Of a stretch of 64,000 nucleotides of DNA, positions 37,343-45,897 are shown piece after piece. Position 1 is the stretch's first letter; each line of letters begins with the position of its first letter. The translations under genes were made by a program, and so were the position numbers. Origin of the DNA: Candidatus Binataceae bacterium. GTDB lineage: Bacteria; Desulfobacterota; Binatia; Binatales; Binataceae. The stretch lies in NCBI GenBank assembly GCA_035493515.1, contig DATJID010000007.1, positions 55-64,054 of the forward strand, written 5' to 3'. Under the pieces are notes generated by a model. That model searched no databases, had not been told where the DNA came from, and saw only the letters and a list, made by a program, of their open reading frames with translations.

Positions 37343-37732
37343 GTGAATTCTCAGGAGAAGGCAATAGCCGCCGCACAGGCGGCACTCGAGAAGAAGGCGT
37401 ACGACCTGGTCGTGCTCCGGGTCGAGCATCTGAGCTCGATTGCAGACTACTTTCTGATCGCCACTGGCCGCTCCGACGTGCAGGTGCGCGCCATCGCCCG
37501 CGGTATCGAGGAGCGAATGGACCTCGAGGGCGAGCGCGCGCTGTCGATCGAGGGCACCAGCCATGGCCACTGGGCCGTGCTCGACTTCAACGACGTGGTG
37601 GTGCACATATTCTTCGAAGAGACGCGCGAGTTCTACCGGCTCGAGCGGAACTGGCTCGACGCGACTGAGGTTCCGCTGCCCGAACCCTACCGCAGTCAGG
37701 CGCGCGATCTCCGCCTGCGTGCGATGGGTTAA
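37343..37732 (+). CDS. rsfS: ribosome silencing factor RsfS
   Basis: A...KKA.D.VVL.V......DYF.IATG.S..QV.AI and H.FF...R..Y.LE..W. The GTG at 37343 is preferred over the track start 37292. Confidence 0.8.
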   Translation: MNSQEKAIAAAQAALEKKAYDLVVLRVEHLSSIADYFLIATGRSDVQVRAIARGIEERMDLEGERALSIEGTSHGHWAVLDFNDVVVHIFFEETREFYRLERNWLDATEVPLPEPYRSQARDLRLRAMG

Positions 37733-37789
37733 ACGACCCGCTCCTCTGTTTCCCGCAAGCCGCCCTGGATCGGATTATCGACGTGCCGC

Positions 37790-38608
37790 TTACGCGGCGG
37801 CATCGCGATGCTTCAGTAAAAACGGCAGCACCGCGGCGTTGAATTCATCGGGCCGCTCGATATTCGGCAGATGGCCCGCGTTCTTGATAATCGTCAGCTG
37901 CGCATCCGCGATCCGCTCGGCCATCGAGCGCGCCAACGACGGCGGCGTGAGCAGGTCGTCCTCGCCCACTACCACATGCGCCGGCACCCGAATCTTTTCG
38001 AGCTCGATCTGCAGGTCCGGCCTGGCGCTGCCCTCAATTGTCTTCATGTAGGAGTTTTTGTGCAGCGTGCACATGCTCTCGACCATGCGCTTGAATACCG
38101 CGGGGGGAGAAGATTTGCTGATTAGCGATTTCGCGACGCCCTCGGCGATGTCTTTCAGCTCCTTACCCGCGCGCAAGGGTTCCAGGCGCAGCCGGATGAA
38201 CTCGCGGCTCTGCTCCGGACTGATATGGCTAAAGCCGGGCAGAGAGTCGCAAATGGTCAGCGTCGCCACGCGCTCGGGAAAGCGCGCGTTGAAGTCCATC
38301 GCAATAAGCCCGCCCATCGAGAGTCCAACCAGATGCGCCTTGCGTGCGCCGAAATGATCGAGCACGCGCACCAGGTCGCGGGCGAAGTCATGGAAGTCGA
38401 GCGGCCCCTCGTAATCGTCGCTCATCCCATAGCCGCGCGCGTCCCACGAGGCAGCGTGGAAATGGCGCCCGAAGTCGGGAAGCTGGTCGTGCCAATTGGT
38501 GCGGTTGCCGCCGATTCCATGCATGCAGACGACCAGCTTGCCCTCGCCCGTGTGATCGACCGCAATCCTGGGCGCGGGCGGTACCAGTTCAGTTTTCCAC
38601 TGGGCCAT
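37790..38608 (-). CDS. alpha/beta hydrolase
   Basis: HGIGGN oxyanion region and GLSMGG nucleophile elbow. ATG 38606..38608 is preceded by AAGGAG 8 nt upstream. The track ORF extends to 39133 through Arg-rich non-coding-looking sequence. Confidence 0.8.
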   Translation of the reverse strand: MAQWKTELVPPAPRIAVDHTGEGKLVVCMHGIGGNRTNWHDQLPDFGRHFHAASWDARGYGMSDDYEGPLDFHDFARDLVRVLDHFGARKAHLVGLSMGGLIAMDFNARFPERVATLTICDSLPGFSHISPEQSREFIRLRLEPLRAGKELKDIAEGVAKSLISKSSPPAVFKRMVESMCTLHKNSYMKTIEGSARPDLQIELEKIRVPAHVVVGEDDLLTPPSLARSMAERIADAQLTIIKNAGHLPNIERPDEFNAAVLPFLLKHRDAAA

Positions 38609-38755
38609 TTGTGGCAGCTCCTTTTGCATACGGGGCGGGCTTCGACCAGGATGTCCGGCGCGACCAATATTCGGTGATTGTGCGGCGTCCGCGCCGCTCC
38701 TGCAAGGGTCGCACGCGACTGTCATCAAAGCACCGTCGGCGCTACCATCCGCATC

Positions 38756-39547
38756 ATGGACCTGCCAGTAACGTCCCGGTCGGCCGCCGATCAGTTTCGG
38801 CGCAACCCGGCGACGTTCGCGCGGATGACCGCGCTGATGTCCTCGAGCGCCGACGCGAAATTTCTCCAGTACATGGTGTCGATCTCCGGCGCCGCGCGGG
38901 ACGAACGCGTGCTTGAGGTCGCCTGCGGCTCGGGCGCGTGCGCGCTCGCATTCGCCGAGCGATGCGGCCTCGCGATCGGCCTTGATCCGTCGGCCGACCT
39001 GGTCGCGCAGGCGCGGGCCGCGGCGGCGCGCCACGGCGCCGGCAACGTCGTCTTCATGGCAGGCGAAATCGAACGGATGGCATTTCGCGACGCCGCGTTC
39101 GACGCCGCCGTGTGCCGCTTCGCGTTCCATCACTTTACCAATCCCGCGCGCGTGTTCGCGGAAATGGCGCGGGTGGTCGGACCGCGGGGATGGATGGTGG
39201 TGGTGGACGTAACGACCTCGGAGGATCCGGCGGAGGCCGCGCTACACAATGAACTGGAGCGGCTATGCGATCCGACGCACGTGCGGATGCTCGCGGCTTC
39301 GGATTTCGAGCGGATTTTCGCCGCCGAGGGTTTTACCGTCGCGATGAAAATCGCGCGCCAGTCGCTCAGTACGGTCGAGGAATGGACGGCCTTCGGCGAT
39401 CCGCCGCCGGAGAATATCCCGATCATCCGCGCGCTACTGGAAGACGCGGTAGATGAGGACCGGCCGGGGCTTGCGCTCCAGCGCGACGCCGGCACTATTC
39501 GCCTGATGCATACCAGCGTTAGCTTTGTTCTTGAGCGCGCGGAATGA
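38756..39547 (+). CDS. class I SAM-dependent methyltransferase (Methyltransf_11-like), paralog 1
   Basis: VLEVACGSGACALAFA motif I, FDAAVCRFAFHHF, WMVVVD; start at M27 of the track ORF. Confidence 0.8.
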   Translation: MDLPVTSRSAADQFRRNPATFARMTALMSSSADAKFLQYMVSISGAARDERVLEVACGSGACALAFAERCGLAIGLDPSADLVAQARAAAARHGAGNVVFMAGEIERMAFRDAAFDAAVCRFAFHHFTNPARVFAEMARVVGPRGWMVVVDVTTSEDPAEAALHNELERLCDPTHVRMLAASDFERIFAAEGFTVAMKIARQSLSTVEEWTAFGDPPPENIPIIRALLEDAVDEDRPGLALQRDAGTIRLMHTSVSFVLERAE

Positions 39548-39585
39548 ACCTGGAATGAACTTGGCCCCAGACGAGGACGCGAACA

Positions 39586-40386
39586 ATGGACCACCAGCCC
39601 AAGCACGATCAGCCTGACAATCTGACCTTGGTGCAGCGGCAATTCCGTCGCCAGGCCGAGGCCTACTCGACCATGAAGGTGGTCACTGATCCGCGCATCC
39701 TCGACAACATGGTCGAGGTTTCCGCGGTGCGGGTGGACTCACGCGTGCTCGACGTCGCGTGCGGGCCGGGATTCGTCGCGATGGCGTTTGCGCCCAGGTG
39801 CCGGAGCGTCGTCGGAATCGACGCGACCGACACGCTTGTCGCCCGCGCCCGCGCGGAGACCGAGCGCCGCGCAATCTCCAACGTCGCCTTCGCGCTCTGC
39901 AACGTCGAGCGAATGCCGTTTGGGCCTGGCCAGTTCGATCTCGCTACCTGCCGTTTCGCGTTTCATCATTTCGCCCGTCCGCGCGAGGTCCTGGCCGAGA
40001 TGGCGCGCGTGTTGAAACCGGGCGCGCGGATGGTGATCGTCGATATGACGACCGCCGAGGACTCGGCCAAGTCGGACTATCACAATCGCGTCGAGCGGCT
40101 GTGCGATCCCTCGCACGCGCGCGCGATTCCAGTCTCCGAGTGGGAGCGGATGATCGCCGAGGCGGATTTGGAGGTTGCCTATCGCGGCGGGCGCGAGACC
40201 AGCTACGACCTGGAATCGTGGATGGCGCATGGCGGGCCGCCGCCCGAGCGCCGCGCGCGGATTATCGAGATGATGGAAGCGTCACTTGTGTCGGACCGCT
40301 CGGGACTCAAGGTGCGCCGCCAGGATGGCCAAATCTGGTTCAGCCACATGGGCGTGACTTATGCGCTGACCAAGCCGATGCGTTAG
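39586..40386 (+). CDS. class I SAM-dependent methyltransferase, paralog 2
   Basis: VLDVACGPGFVAMAFA, FDLATCRFAFHHF, RMVIVD. Roughly 40% identical by eye to the upstream paralog along its full length. Confidence 0.8.
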   Translation: MDHQPKHDQPDNLTLVQRQFRRQAEAYSTMKVVTDPRILDNMVEVSAVRVDSRVLDVACGPGFVAMAFAPRCRSVVGIDATDTLVARARAETERRAISNVAFALCNVERMPFGPGQFDLATCRFAFHHFARPREVLAEMARVLKPGARMVIVDMTTAEDSAKSDYHNRVERLCDPSHARAIPVSEWERMIAEADLEVAYRGGRETSYDLESWMAHGGPPPERRARIIEMMEASLVSDRSGLKVRRQDGQIWFSHMGVTYALTKPMR

Positions 40387-40411
40387 CAGAGAAACGGCGC
40401 GCGGGCGCGCG

Positions 40412-41953
40412 TTACGCCCGGCAGAGATAAATCACGGCCGGGGCCCCGAGAATCATCACCCGCCTGACTGACTCGACCCGCACGAACCCGCGATTGGCAA
40501 CCTCGCGCATCAGCATCCGTTCCGCCGTCAGCATCACCAACCGTCCGCCTGGCCGCACCACGCGCGCGAACTCCTCGACCAGGCGCGGATATAGACGGCG
40601 GTTCTCACCGTGCGAGCCGTATTTCGTGCCCCAGGGCAGATTGGTGACTAGATGGGTCGCGGCGGCGCTGTCGAGCGGCAGGCGCAACGCGTCGCCCTGG
40701 GCGACACCGATCGGCCGGTAGCGAGGACCGATATTTTCGCGCGCGGCCGCTATCGCATCGGGGTCGCGGTCGAATCCAGCGAGCATCGCGTAGCGTCCCA
40801 GGTGCGCGCGTTCAATCAGGATCGTCCCCGCGCCGCACATCGGATCGACTACGCGGTCATCCGCGCCCGGCTGGCTCAGCCATCCCAGAGCGGCGGCGAC
40901 CGAGGCGCGCAACGAGCCTGGCCGATGTGCGACCTTGTACTCGCGATGGCGCATCCGCTCGTCGACCAGCCGCACCGCAAGGAACATCTCACCGCCGAGC
41001 AGCGTGGCCCAGAACTCGACGTCGGCGTCATCGCCCGCCCCCCGCCACGAACGGTCGCCGCGATCGGCGATGCCGCGCTCGACCGCACGCTGAAAATCGA
41101 GCCGGCGAAATTCGTGCTCGCCCGCGATACGCGCGATCACGCGGAAGCCCAGCTTGCGCCCGGCACGGCTGCCGGGAGTCATTCGCACCCGCGACTCCAG
41201 CGCCTCTTCGACGTAGGGCGCTTCGTGAGCGATCGTGCGAACTTTCTCAAGCGTCGCGGGCGTAGTGCCGAGTCCGTCGCGATAACCGACGAGAGTGAAC
41301 AAATCCTCGATGGTACGCGCGGCGCTCAGCAGATCGGGGCGTGGCGCGCTGAAGATCGTCATTCCGGCGCGCTCGGGCACCGTCCGGCGCCCCAGTTCGC
41401 GTATCGCGGGGCGACCGCTTCCACGCCCGCTCGCGGCCGCCGCGTAGCGTGCAGCGATCTCTTCCGCCGCGATACCCTCGAATCCCGGCTGCGTGTGGGC
41501 GATATAGATGTTCGAAGTAAGGCGCAGCGCGGGGCCGATTGGCGCAACGGCGGCGCGCTCGGCGAATTTCTTCGGTTTTCCAAATCTGAACGATTTGTTT
41601 AATTTGACGGACTTGGCAGACTTGCCAGACTTGCCAGGGTCGTCGGGTTGAGCGGGCTTCTCGCGGCGATCGAACCGAACCGGCCTGTCGCGCCGAACCG
41701 GCCTGTCGCGTCCGACCGGCTTGTCGCGCCGGTCGAATCCCATAGCCTTGGCGGCCTTGGCCGATTTGCCAGATCTGCCGGACTGCGCCGACGGGAAAGG
41801 CCTAATCGACTTGGAAGGCTCGGCGGCCGCAGGATTGGTTTCGCGCGCCGGACCTTTGGTCCACTGGCGCCGAACTCGGCCCTGGGCCGGCGGCTTTGAA
41901 CCGTTTGGCGGCGGAGAATTGCGGCCCCGGCCGGAACCGGGCGTGCGACGCAT
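40412..41953 (-). CDS. THUMP-domain RNA (m2G-type, RlmL/TrmN/Trm14-like) methyltransferase with about 150-aa basic repeat-rich N-terminal extension
   Basis: DPMCGAGTILIE (motif I) and TNLPWG (N/DPPY-type motif IV), preceded by a THUMP-like region. The N-terminus is rich in K/R/S/P with DRPVRR and GKSGKSAKS repeats. Confidence 0.75.
   Translation of the reverse strand: MRRTPGSGRGRNSPPPNGSKPPAQGRVRRQWTKGPARETNPAAAEPSKSIRPFPSAQSGRSGKSAKAAKAMGFDRRDKPVGRDRPVRRDRPVRFDRREKPAQPDDPGKSGKSAKSVKLNKSFRFGKPKKFAERAAVAPIGPALRLTSNIYIAHTQPGFEGIAAEEIAARYAAAASGRGSGRPAIRELGRRTVPERAGMTIFSAPRPDLLSAARTIEDLFTLVGYRDGLGTTPATLEKVRTIAHEAPYVEEALESRVRMTPGSRAGRKLGFRVIARIAGEHEFRRLDFQRAVERGIADRGDRSWRGAGDDADVEFWATLLGGEMFLAVRLVDERMRHREYKVAHRPGSLRASVAAALGWLSQPGADDRVVDPMCGAGTILIERAHLGRYAMLAGFDRDPDAIAAARENIGPRYRPIGVAQGDALRLPLDSAAATHLVTNLPWGTKYGSHGENRRLYPRLVEEFARVVRPGGRLVMLTAERMLMREVANRGFVRVESVRRVMILGAPAVIYLCRA
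41677..41730. repeat. three tandem 18-nt coding repeats (DRPVRR units) in the methyltransferase N-terminal extension
   Basis: GAACCGGCCTGTCGCGCC x3 with a few substitutions. An adjacent 9-nt CAGACTTGC-type repeat lies at about 41606..41640. Confidence 0.7.
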
Positions 41954-42517
41954 CTACTTGGCGCGAGCCATATACTCGCGCGTCTCGGTGTTGATCGTGA
42001 TAGTCTCGCCCTCCTGGACGAAGTGCGGCACCTGCACCACCAGCCCGGTATCCATCGTGGCCGGCTTAAGGGTGTTGGTCACCGCCGCAGATCTCATTCC
42101 GGGATCCGTTTGCACGACCTTGAGATTGACCGTCTTGGGCAGCGAGACGTTGAGCGGCGTGGTCTCATGAAATTCAACTTCAACCTTTAGATTAGGTGTA
42201 AGGAAGCCGACCACATCTTCGATCAGTTCCTTGGGAATCGTGATCTGGTCATAGGTCTCGGTGTTCATGAAATGGAAATCGTCGCCTTCCTGGTAGAGGA
42301 ATTCCATTTCGATCTGGCTCAGGATGATGCGCTCGACGCGATCTTCAGAGCGGAAGCGGTTTTCAGTCTGGGTTCCGGTCTTGACGTTGCGCAGCTTGGT
42401 CTGGACCATCCCGCGCCAGTTGCCGGGCGTGATGTGACTGATCGCCATCACCCGCCAGAGCCCGTTGTTGTATTCCAGGATCATCCCGGGCCGTAGTTGC
42501 GTCGCCTGAATCAGCAT
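41954..42517 (-). CDS. elongation factor P family protein, EfpL/YeiP-like, with non-canonical loop (TPGNWRG instead of KPGKGxA)
   Basis: 187 aa with the three-domain EF-P layout. GMILEYNNGLWRV and REYMARAK resemble E. coli YeiP (GMVLNYNGKLLLV, RRYMGRA; from memory) more than Efp. The stop abuts the next gene's ATG. Confidence 0.85.
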   Translation of the reverse strand: MLIQATQLRPGMILEYNNGLWRVMAISHITPGNWRGMVQTKLRNVKTGTQTENRFRSEDRVERIILSQIEMEFLYQEGDDFHFMNTETYDQITIPKELIEDVVGFLTPNLKVEVEFHETTPLNVSLPKTVNLKVVQTDPGMRSAAVTNTLKPATMDTGLVVQVPHFVQEGETITINTETREYMARAK

Positions 42518-42647
42518 CGTCGGTGCACTCGCGAAGTATCGAATGGCTTGGGGTTATTGGCTGAATCTTGAACTTTAACGGAATCACCGCAGGTGCGGCA
42601 AGTAAGGCACCCAGGTCCTATATGCGCGACGCGTAATGCGCGATGCC

Positions 42648-44348
42648 TTAGCGGCCGGCGGGGCCCATTGGACGTGCGTTGCCATAGGGATTGATCGGCG
42701 CGGCATACGGATTGACTCCGTACGGAGCCGCGCCGTATGGACTCGCTCCGTAGGGACTCGCGCCGTATGGACTGACTGGATAGCGCGTGATTCCAAAGGG
42801 GCTGATGTTGATGCCATAGGAGGGGCTCGAGCCGTAGGGAGTTCCATACGGCGTACCAAAAGGACTGCCATAGGGACTTCCGTACGGGTCCATCGGGTAC
42901 GGATTCATCCCGAACGGGCTGTATGGATTCATCCCATAGGGCGCGACCACGATCGGCGGCGCCGACGCTACCGCCGGCGGCATCGCGATCGACGACTCGA
43001 CGTACTGGTTGCCGGCGCCGAAGGCGCGAATCGTCGCTGTGCCGCCATTCAGGCTGAAGGTCGTCGAGAAGTTGCTGAGATTTCCATGGCTGACCGGTAT
43101 TCGCTTGACCAGCCGCCCGTCGACATAGATTCCCGCGCGGCGCACCTTACCAATTATCTGTCCCACGACCTGGTAGAGATGCGAAAGGGGATTTACCGGG
43201 TTAATCGACTCGATGTTGATCTGGGTGTTGTTCATCGGAGCGCCGAGCCCGCGTCCGAGTCCTCCAATCGATCCGCTGCCGATTCCGCCTTCATCCGCGC
43301 TCGGCGCCGATTCGTCCAGCCCGCTCGAACCTGCATCCGCTGCGTCCGGCGCGCTTTCGCTTGGAATTTCGGCGGTGTTGTTTCCAGAGGTAGACCCGGC
43401 GCCGCGGTCCACTTCGACTCCCGATTCTCTTCCCGTGCTCGCGAGCGCCGTCGAATCCTCGCCAAACACCGAGGCGGTCGCCGAACGTCCGGCCTGGTCG
43501 ATGACGCGGAGGTTGGTCGCTATATCGGCGTCGCGGATCGAGAGCTGGAAATCGACTTTCTGACGGCCGATCACGTGATCCACTTTGAGCGGTTTGACGT
43601 TCTGCGCGCCCTCATAGATGCCGGCCGAGCGCAGCGCCGAGCCCTCGAAGTATCCCTTCAAATGCGTGACGCTGCCGACGACGCTGCGCGACTCAATCTT
43701 GATCGTGGGGCCGCCGTTATCCGGAGGCGCCGACGCACCCGCAGGAGCGGCACTGTCTGGCGCCGCCGCAGGCAAAGCGGCGTCTCCTGAAGCGGGCGCG
43801 CCGGCGCCTCCACGTTCGCCTGGAGCAACTGGCGCAACCGAGGCCGGCGCGCCGGAAGCGGACGCGGCGGATGCCGGCGCAGGGGGAACGCTCTTTTCGA
43901 TCGCGGCTAACTGATGCTTGAGCGCGGCCCATAGATCGGCACTGATCACCGCCTTGTGGGCCCTCAGCCCGGCGTCGACCGACGCCGCGTCGGCGTCGAG
44001 CGAGGCGGCAGCGCGCCGCGCGCCGGCATTGTCCTTTGCCTTCAGCGCCTGGCTCAGCGTCTGCGCGTCGCCGGCAAAGCTCGCGACCGGTCCCACAAGC
44101 TCCTTAGCCTCCGGGTTGGCGTTGCCATCGGCGTCGGTGGCGTTGAGCGAATTCAGCAGCGCGAAGGCCTGATTGCTCAGTTCAGCGGAAGCAGCCCCGG
44201 CGTCTGCGGCAGCGTGCGCCGCAGGAGCGGTGGTGCAGAGCATCGCGAACAAAACGGCGCCGCATAGCACCGCTTCGCGCCCGAGCCGCCAGCCGCGACT
44301 CGGCTCTGACGGCGTTCCCGCCGCCCGTTTTCCTGAGCGCCGAAACAT
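42648..44348 (-). CDS. secreted hypothetical protein with Ala-rich helical N-region, two related beta-rich modules and a C-terminal (S/A/T)PYG low-complexity tail
   Basis: Start at M16 of the track ORF gives MFRRSGKR...LCGAVLFAMLCTTAPAAHA, a signal-like N-terminus. There is an internal duplication (IKIESRSVVGSVTHL..AGIY / INIESINPVNPLSHL..AGIY). The last roughly 100 aa are PYG/PFG repeats. Confidence 0.6.
   Translation of the reverse strand: MFRRSGKRAAGTPSEPSRGWRLGREAVLCGAVLFAMLCTTAPAAHAAADAGAASAELSNQAFALLNSLNATDADGNANPEAKELVGPVASFAGDAQTLSQALKAKDNAGARRAAASLDADAASVDAGLRAHKAVISADLWAALKHQLAAIEKSVPPAPASAASASGAPASVAPVAPGERGGAGAPASGDAALPAAAPDSAAPAGASAPPDNGGPTIKIESRSVVGSVTHLKGYFEGSALRSAGIYEGAQNVKPLKVDHVIGRQKVDFQLSIRDADIATNLRVIDQAGRSATASVFGEDSTALASTGRESGVEVDRGAGSTSGNNTAEIPSESAPDAADAGSSGLDESAPSADEGGIGSGSIGGLGRGLGAPMNNTQINIESINPVNPLSHLYQVVGQIIGKVRRAGIYVDGRLVKRIPVSHGNLSNFSTTFSLNGGTATIRAFGAGNQYVESSIAMPPAVASAPPIVVAPYGMNPYSPFGMNPYPMDPYGSPYGSPFGTPYGTPYGSSPSYGINISPFGITRYPVSPYGASPYGASPYGAAPYGVNPYAAPINPYGNARPMGPAGR
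42651..42959. repeat. coding low-complexity repeat region (xPYG/xPFG units)
   Basis: ...NPYSPFGMNPYPMDPYGSPYGSPFGTPYGTPYGSS...VSPYGASPYGASPYGAAPYGVNPY...NPYG. The DNA shows degenerate 12-15-nt periodicity. Confidence 0.7.
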
Positions 44349-44442
44349 CGAGATCTCCGCGCCTCCAGAATCAGTATACGAAATCCACGGCAATGATAGA
44401 ATTGAAATGATAAGCGTCCGTTAAGGCCGAATTGGCAAGGAG

Positions 44443-45510
44443 TTGAGATTGAACCGCGTAAGTTTTACCCAAACGCCAGAAGATCATCCCGTCACCGGCG
44501 GGGACGGTCTTGAGGCCGATTACCGCGCGGTTACGAGCGGCGCCGGCGTGCGGCTGTGCGCTGAGCGGTTGGTCATCCGGATGAGCGGGGATGACCGCGC
44601 GTCATTCCTGCACGGAATGTGCAGCAACGACATCAAGGGACTCATACCCGGCAATCTCATCGTAGCGCTGTTTCTGACCGAACGCGCCCATCTGATTGCC
44701 GAAGCGAACGTGTGGGCCACCGCGGACGCTCTGCTGCTCGAAATGGATCGCGCGCTCTGGCCCGCCGTGCGCACCCACCTCGAGCGCTTCCTGGTCGCCG
44801 ATGACGTCGAACTGGAAGAAAGCACCGACGCAGTAGGCTACGGCGTGATTCAAATCGACGGGCCGCACGCGGCGGCGCTGGTCCAGGATGTCTTCGGTGA
44901 GCCGGCATCGCATTGCGGTGCGTGGCGATTCAGCGAGGCCACCGGCGGTGCGCTGGTGGCGCAGGTGACGCGATGGGGCGCGCCGGCATTCACGATCCTC
45001 GCCGACGGGGCGAGCGCGCCGGAAATGGTCGCGCGGATGACCGCGGCCCAGAGCGCGCACGGCGAAATCCGCGCGGTCAGCATGGATGCCGACGAGATTG
45101 TGCGGGTCGAAAGCGGTAACGCGCGGGTCGGCGTCGATACCAATGAAAAAACCATCGCGCTGGAGGCGCGCACCGAACCCGCGATCTCGTTCAGCAAGGG
45201 GTGCTACATCGGGCAGGAGACCATTGAGCGGGCAACCGCGCGCGGCGCACTGAAGCGGCGGCTGATGGGCCTTCGGATTGACGGCGCGCGCGTTCCGGGC
45301 GCGGGCTCCCGGGTCGTGCTTGCGGGTAAGGAGGTCGGACATCTGACCAGTCCGCTGCGCTCGCCGCGGCTCGGCGTGATCGCGCTAGCCGTGCTGCATC
45401 ATAGCGCCTGGGCGCCCGGAACAGCGGTGAAAATCGAAACGCCCGACGGCGAAGCCGCCGCGGTTGTGAGCGAGTTGCCTTTTGCAGGCGACGCGTCGGG
45501 GCGCGATTGA
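44443..45510 (+). CDS. ygfZ: YgfZ/CAF17-type folate-binding protein (GcvT-like fold, Fe-S cluster repair/tRNA modification associated)
   Basis: GcvT-like N-domain (RASFLHGMCSNDIKGL) and the KGCYIGQETIER signature. The start is TTG 44443 or TTG 44449, just after AAGGAG. Confidence 0.8.
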   Translation: MRLNRVSFTQTPEDHPVTGGDGLEADYRAVTSGAGVRLCAERLVIRMSGDDRASFLHGMCSNDIKGLIPGNLIVALFLTERAHLIAEANVWATADALLLEMDRALWPAVRTHLERFLVADDVELEESTDAVGYGVIQIDGPHAAALVQDVFGEPASHCGAWRFSEATGGALVAQVTRWGAPAFTILADGASAPEMVARMTAAQSAHGEIRAVSMDADEIVRVESGNARVGVDTNEKTIALEARTEPAISFSKGCYIGQETIERATARGALKRRLMGLRIDGARVPGAGSRVVLAGKEVGHLTSPLRSPRLGVIALAVLHHSAWAPGTAVKIETPDGEAAAVVSELPFAGDASGRD

Positions 45511-45679
45511 TAAAATGACTCATTGAAGAAATGCGCGCGATGCTCTAAAAAAGGGGCGAAAGGATCGCGCGAGAGTTTGTCGCTCGCGTTCTCGAGCAAA
45601 ACATTCGCGCGGCCGGATCCGCGACGGTCGGTCGCGATCGCGCGATTATCACGGGCGAATCAACGGGAGAATCAAAACG

Positions 45680-45823
45680 ATGGCTAATCAGCTGGGCAAG
45701 CGTTATCTCTGCGACAAGTGCGGCACGGAAGTGCTCTGCAACAAGCCGGGCACGGGTGCGATCGAGTGCTGTGATGCCGAAATGAAGATCAAGGAAGCCA
45801 AAGCGCTTCCGTCTTCAGATTAA
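45680..45823 (+). CDS. desulforedoxin-type small Cys4 metal-binding protein (47 aa)
   Basis: Hand-translated as MANQLGKRYLCDKCGTEVLCNKPGTGAIECCDAEMKIKEAKALPSSD. C-x2-C-x15-C-C spacing matches Desulfovibrio gigas desulforedoxin (..[28 protein letters not shown].., from memory). GGGAGA RBS about 9 nt upstream. Below the ORF-track size cutoff. Confidence 0.75.
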   Translation: MANQLGKRYLCDKCGTEVLCNKPGTGAIECCDAEMKIKEAKALPSSD

Positions 45824-45897
45824 GGTCCGCTTGAGGTTTTTGAAGTGCGCGCCGCGCGCGAGGATGCGCCATCGGGCGCCCTGCCGCGCGCGACGCC

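Noticed and set aside
38609-39133. 5' extension of the alpha/beta hydrolase ORF (track ORF 37790..39133).
   Set aside because: The extension overlaps the divergent methyltransferase gene and is Arg/Gly-rich. ATG 38606..38608 has AAGGAG at proper spacing.
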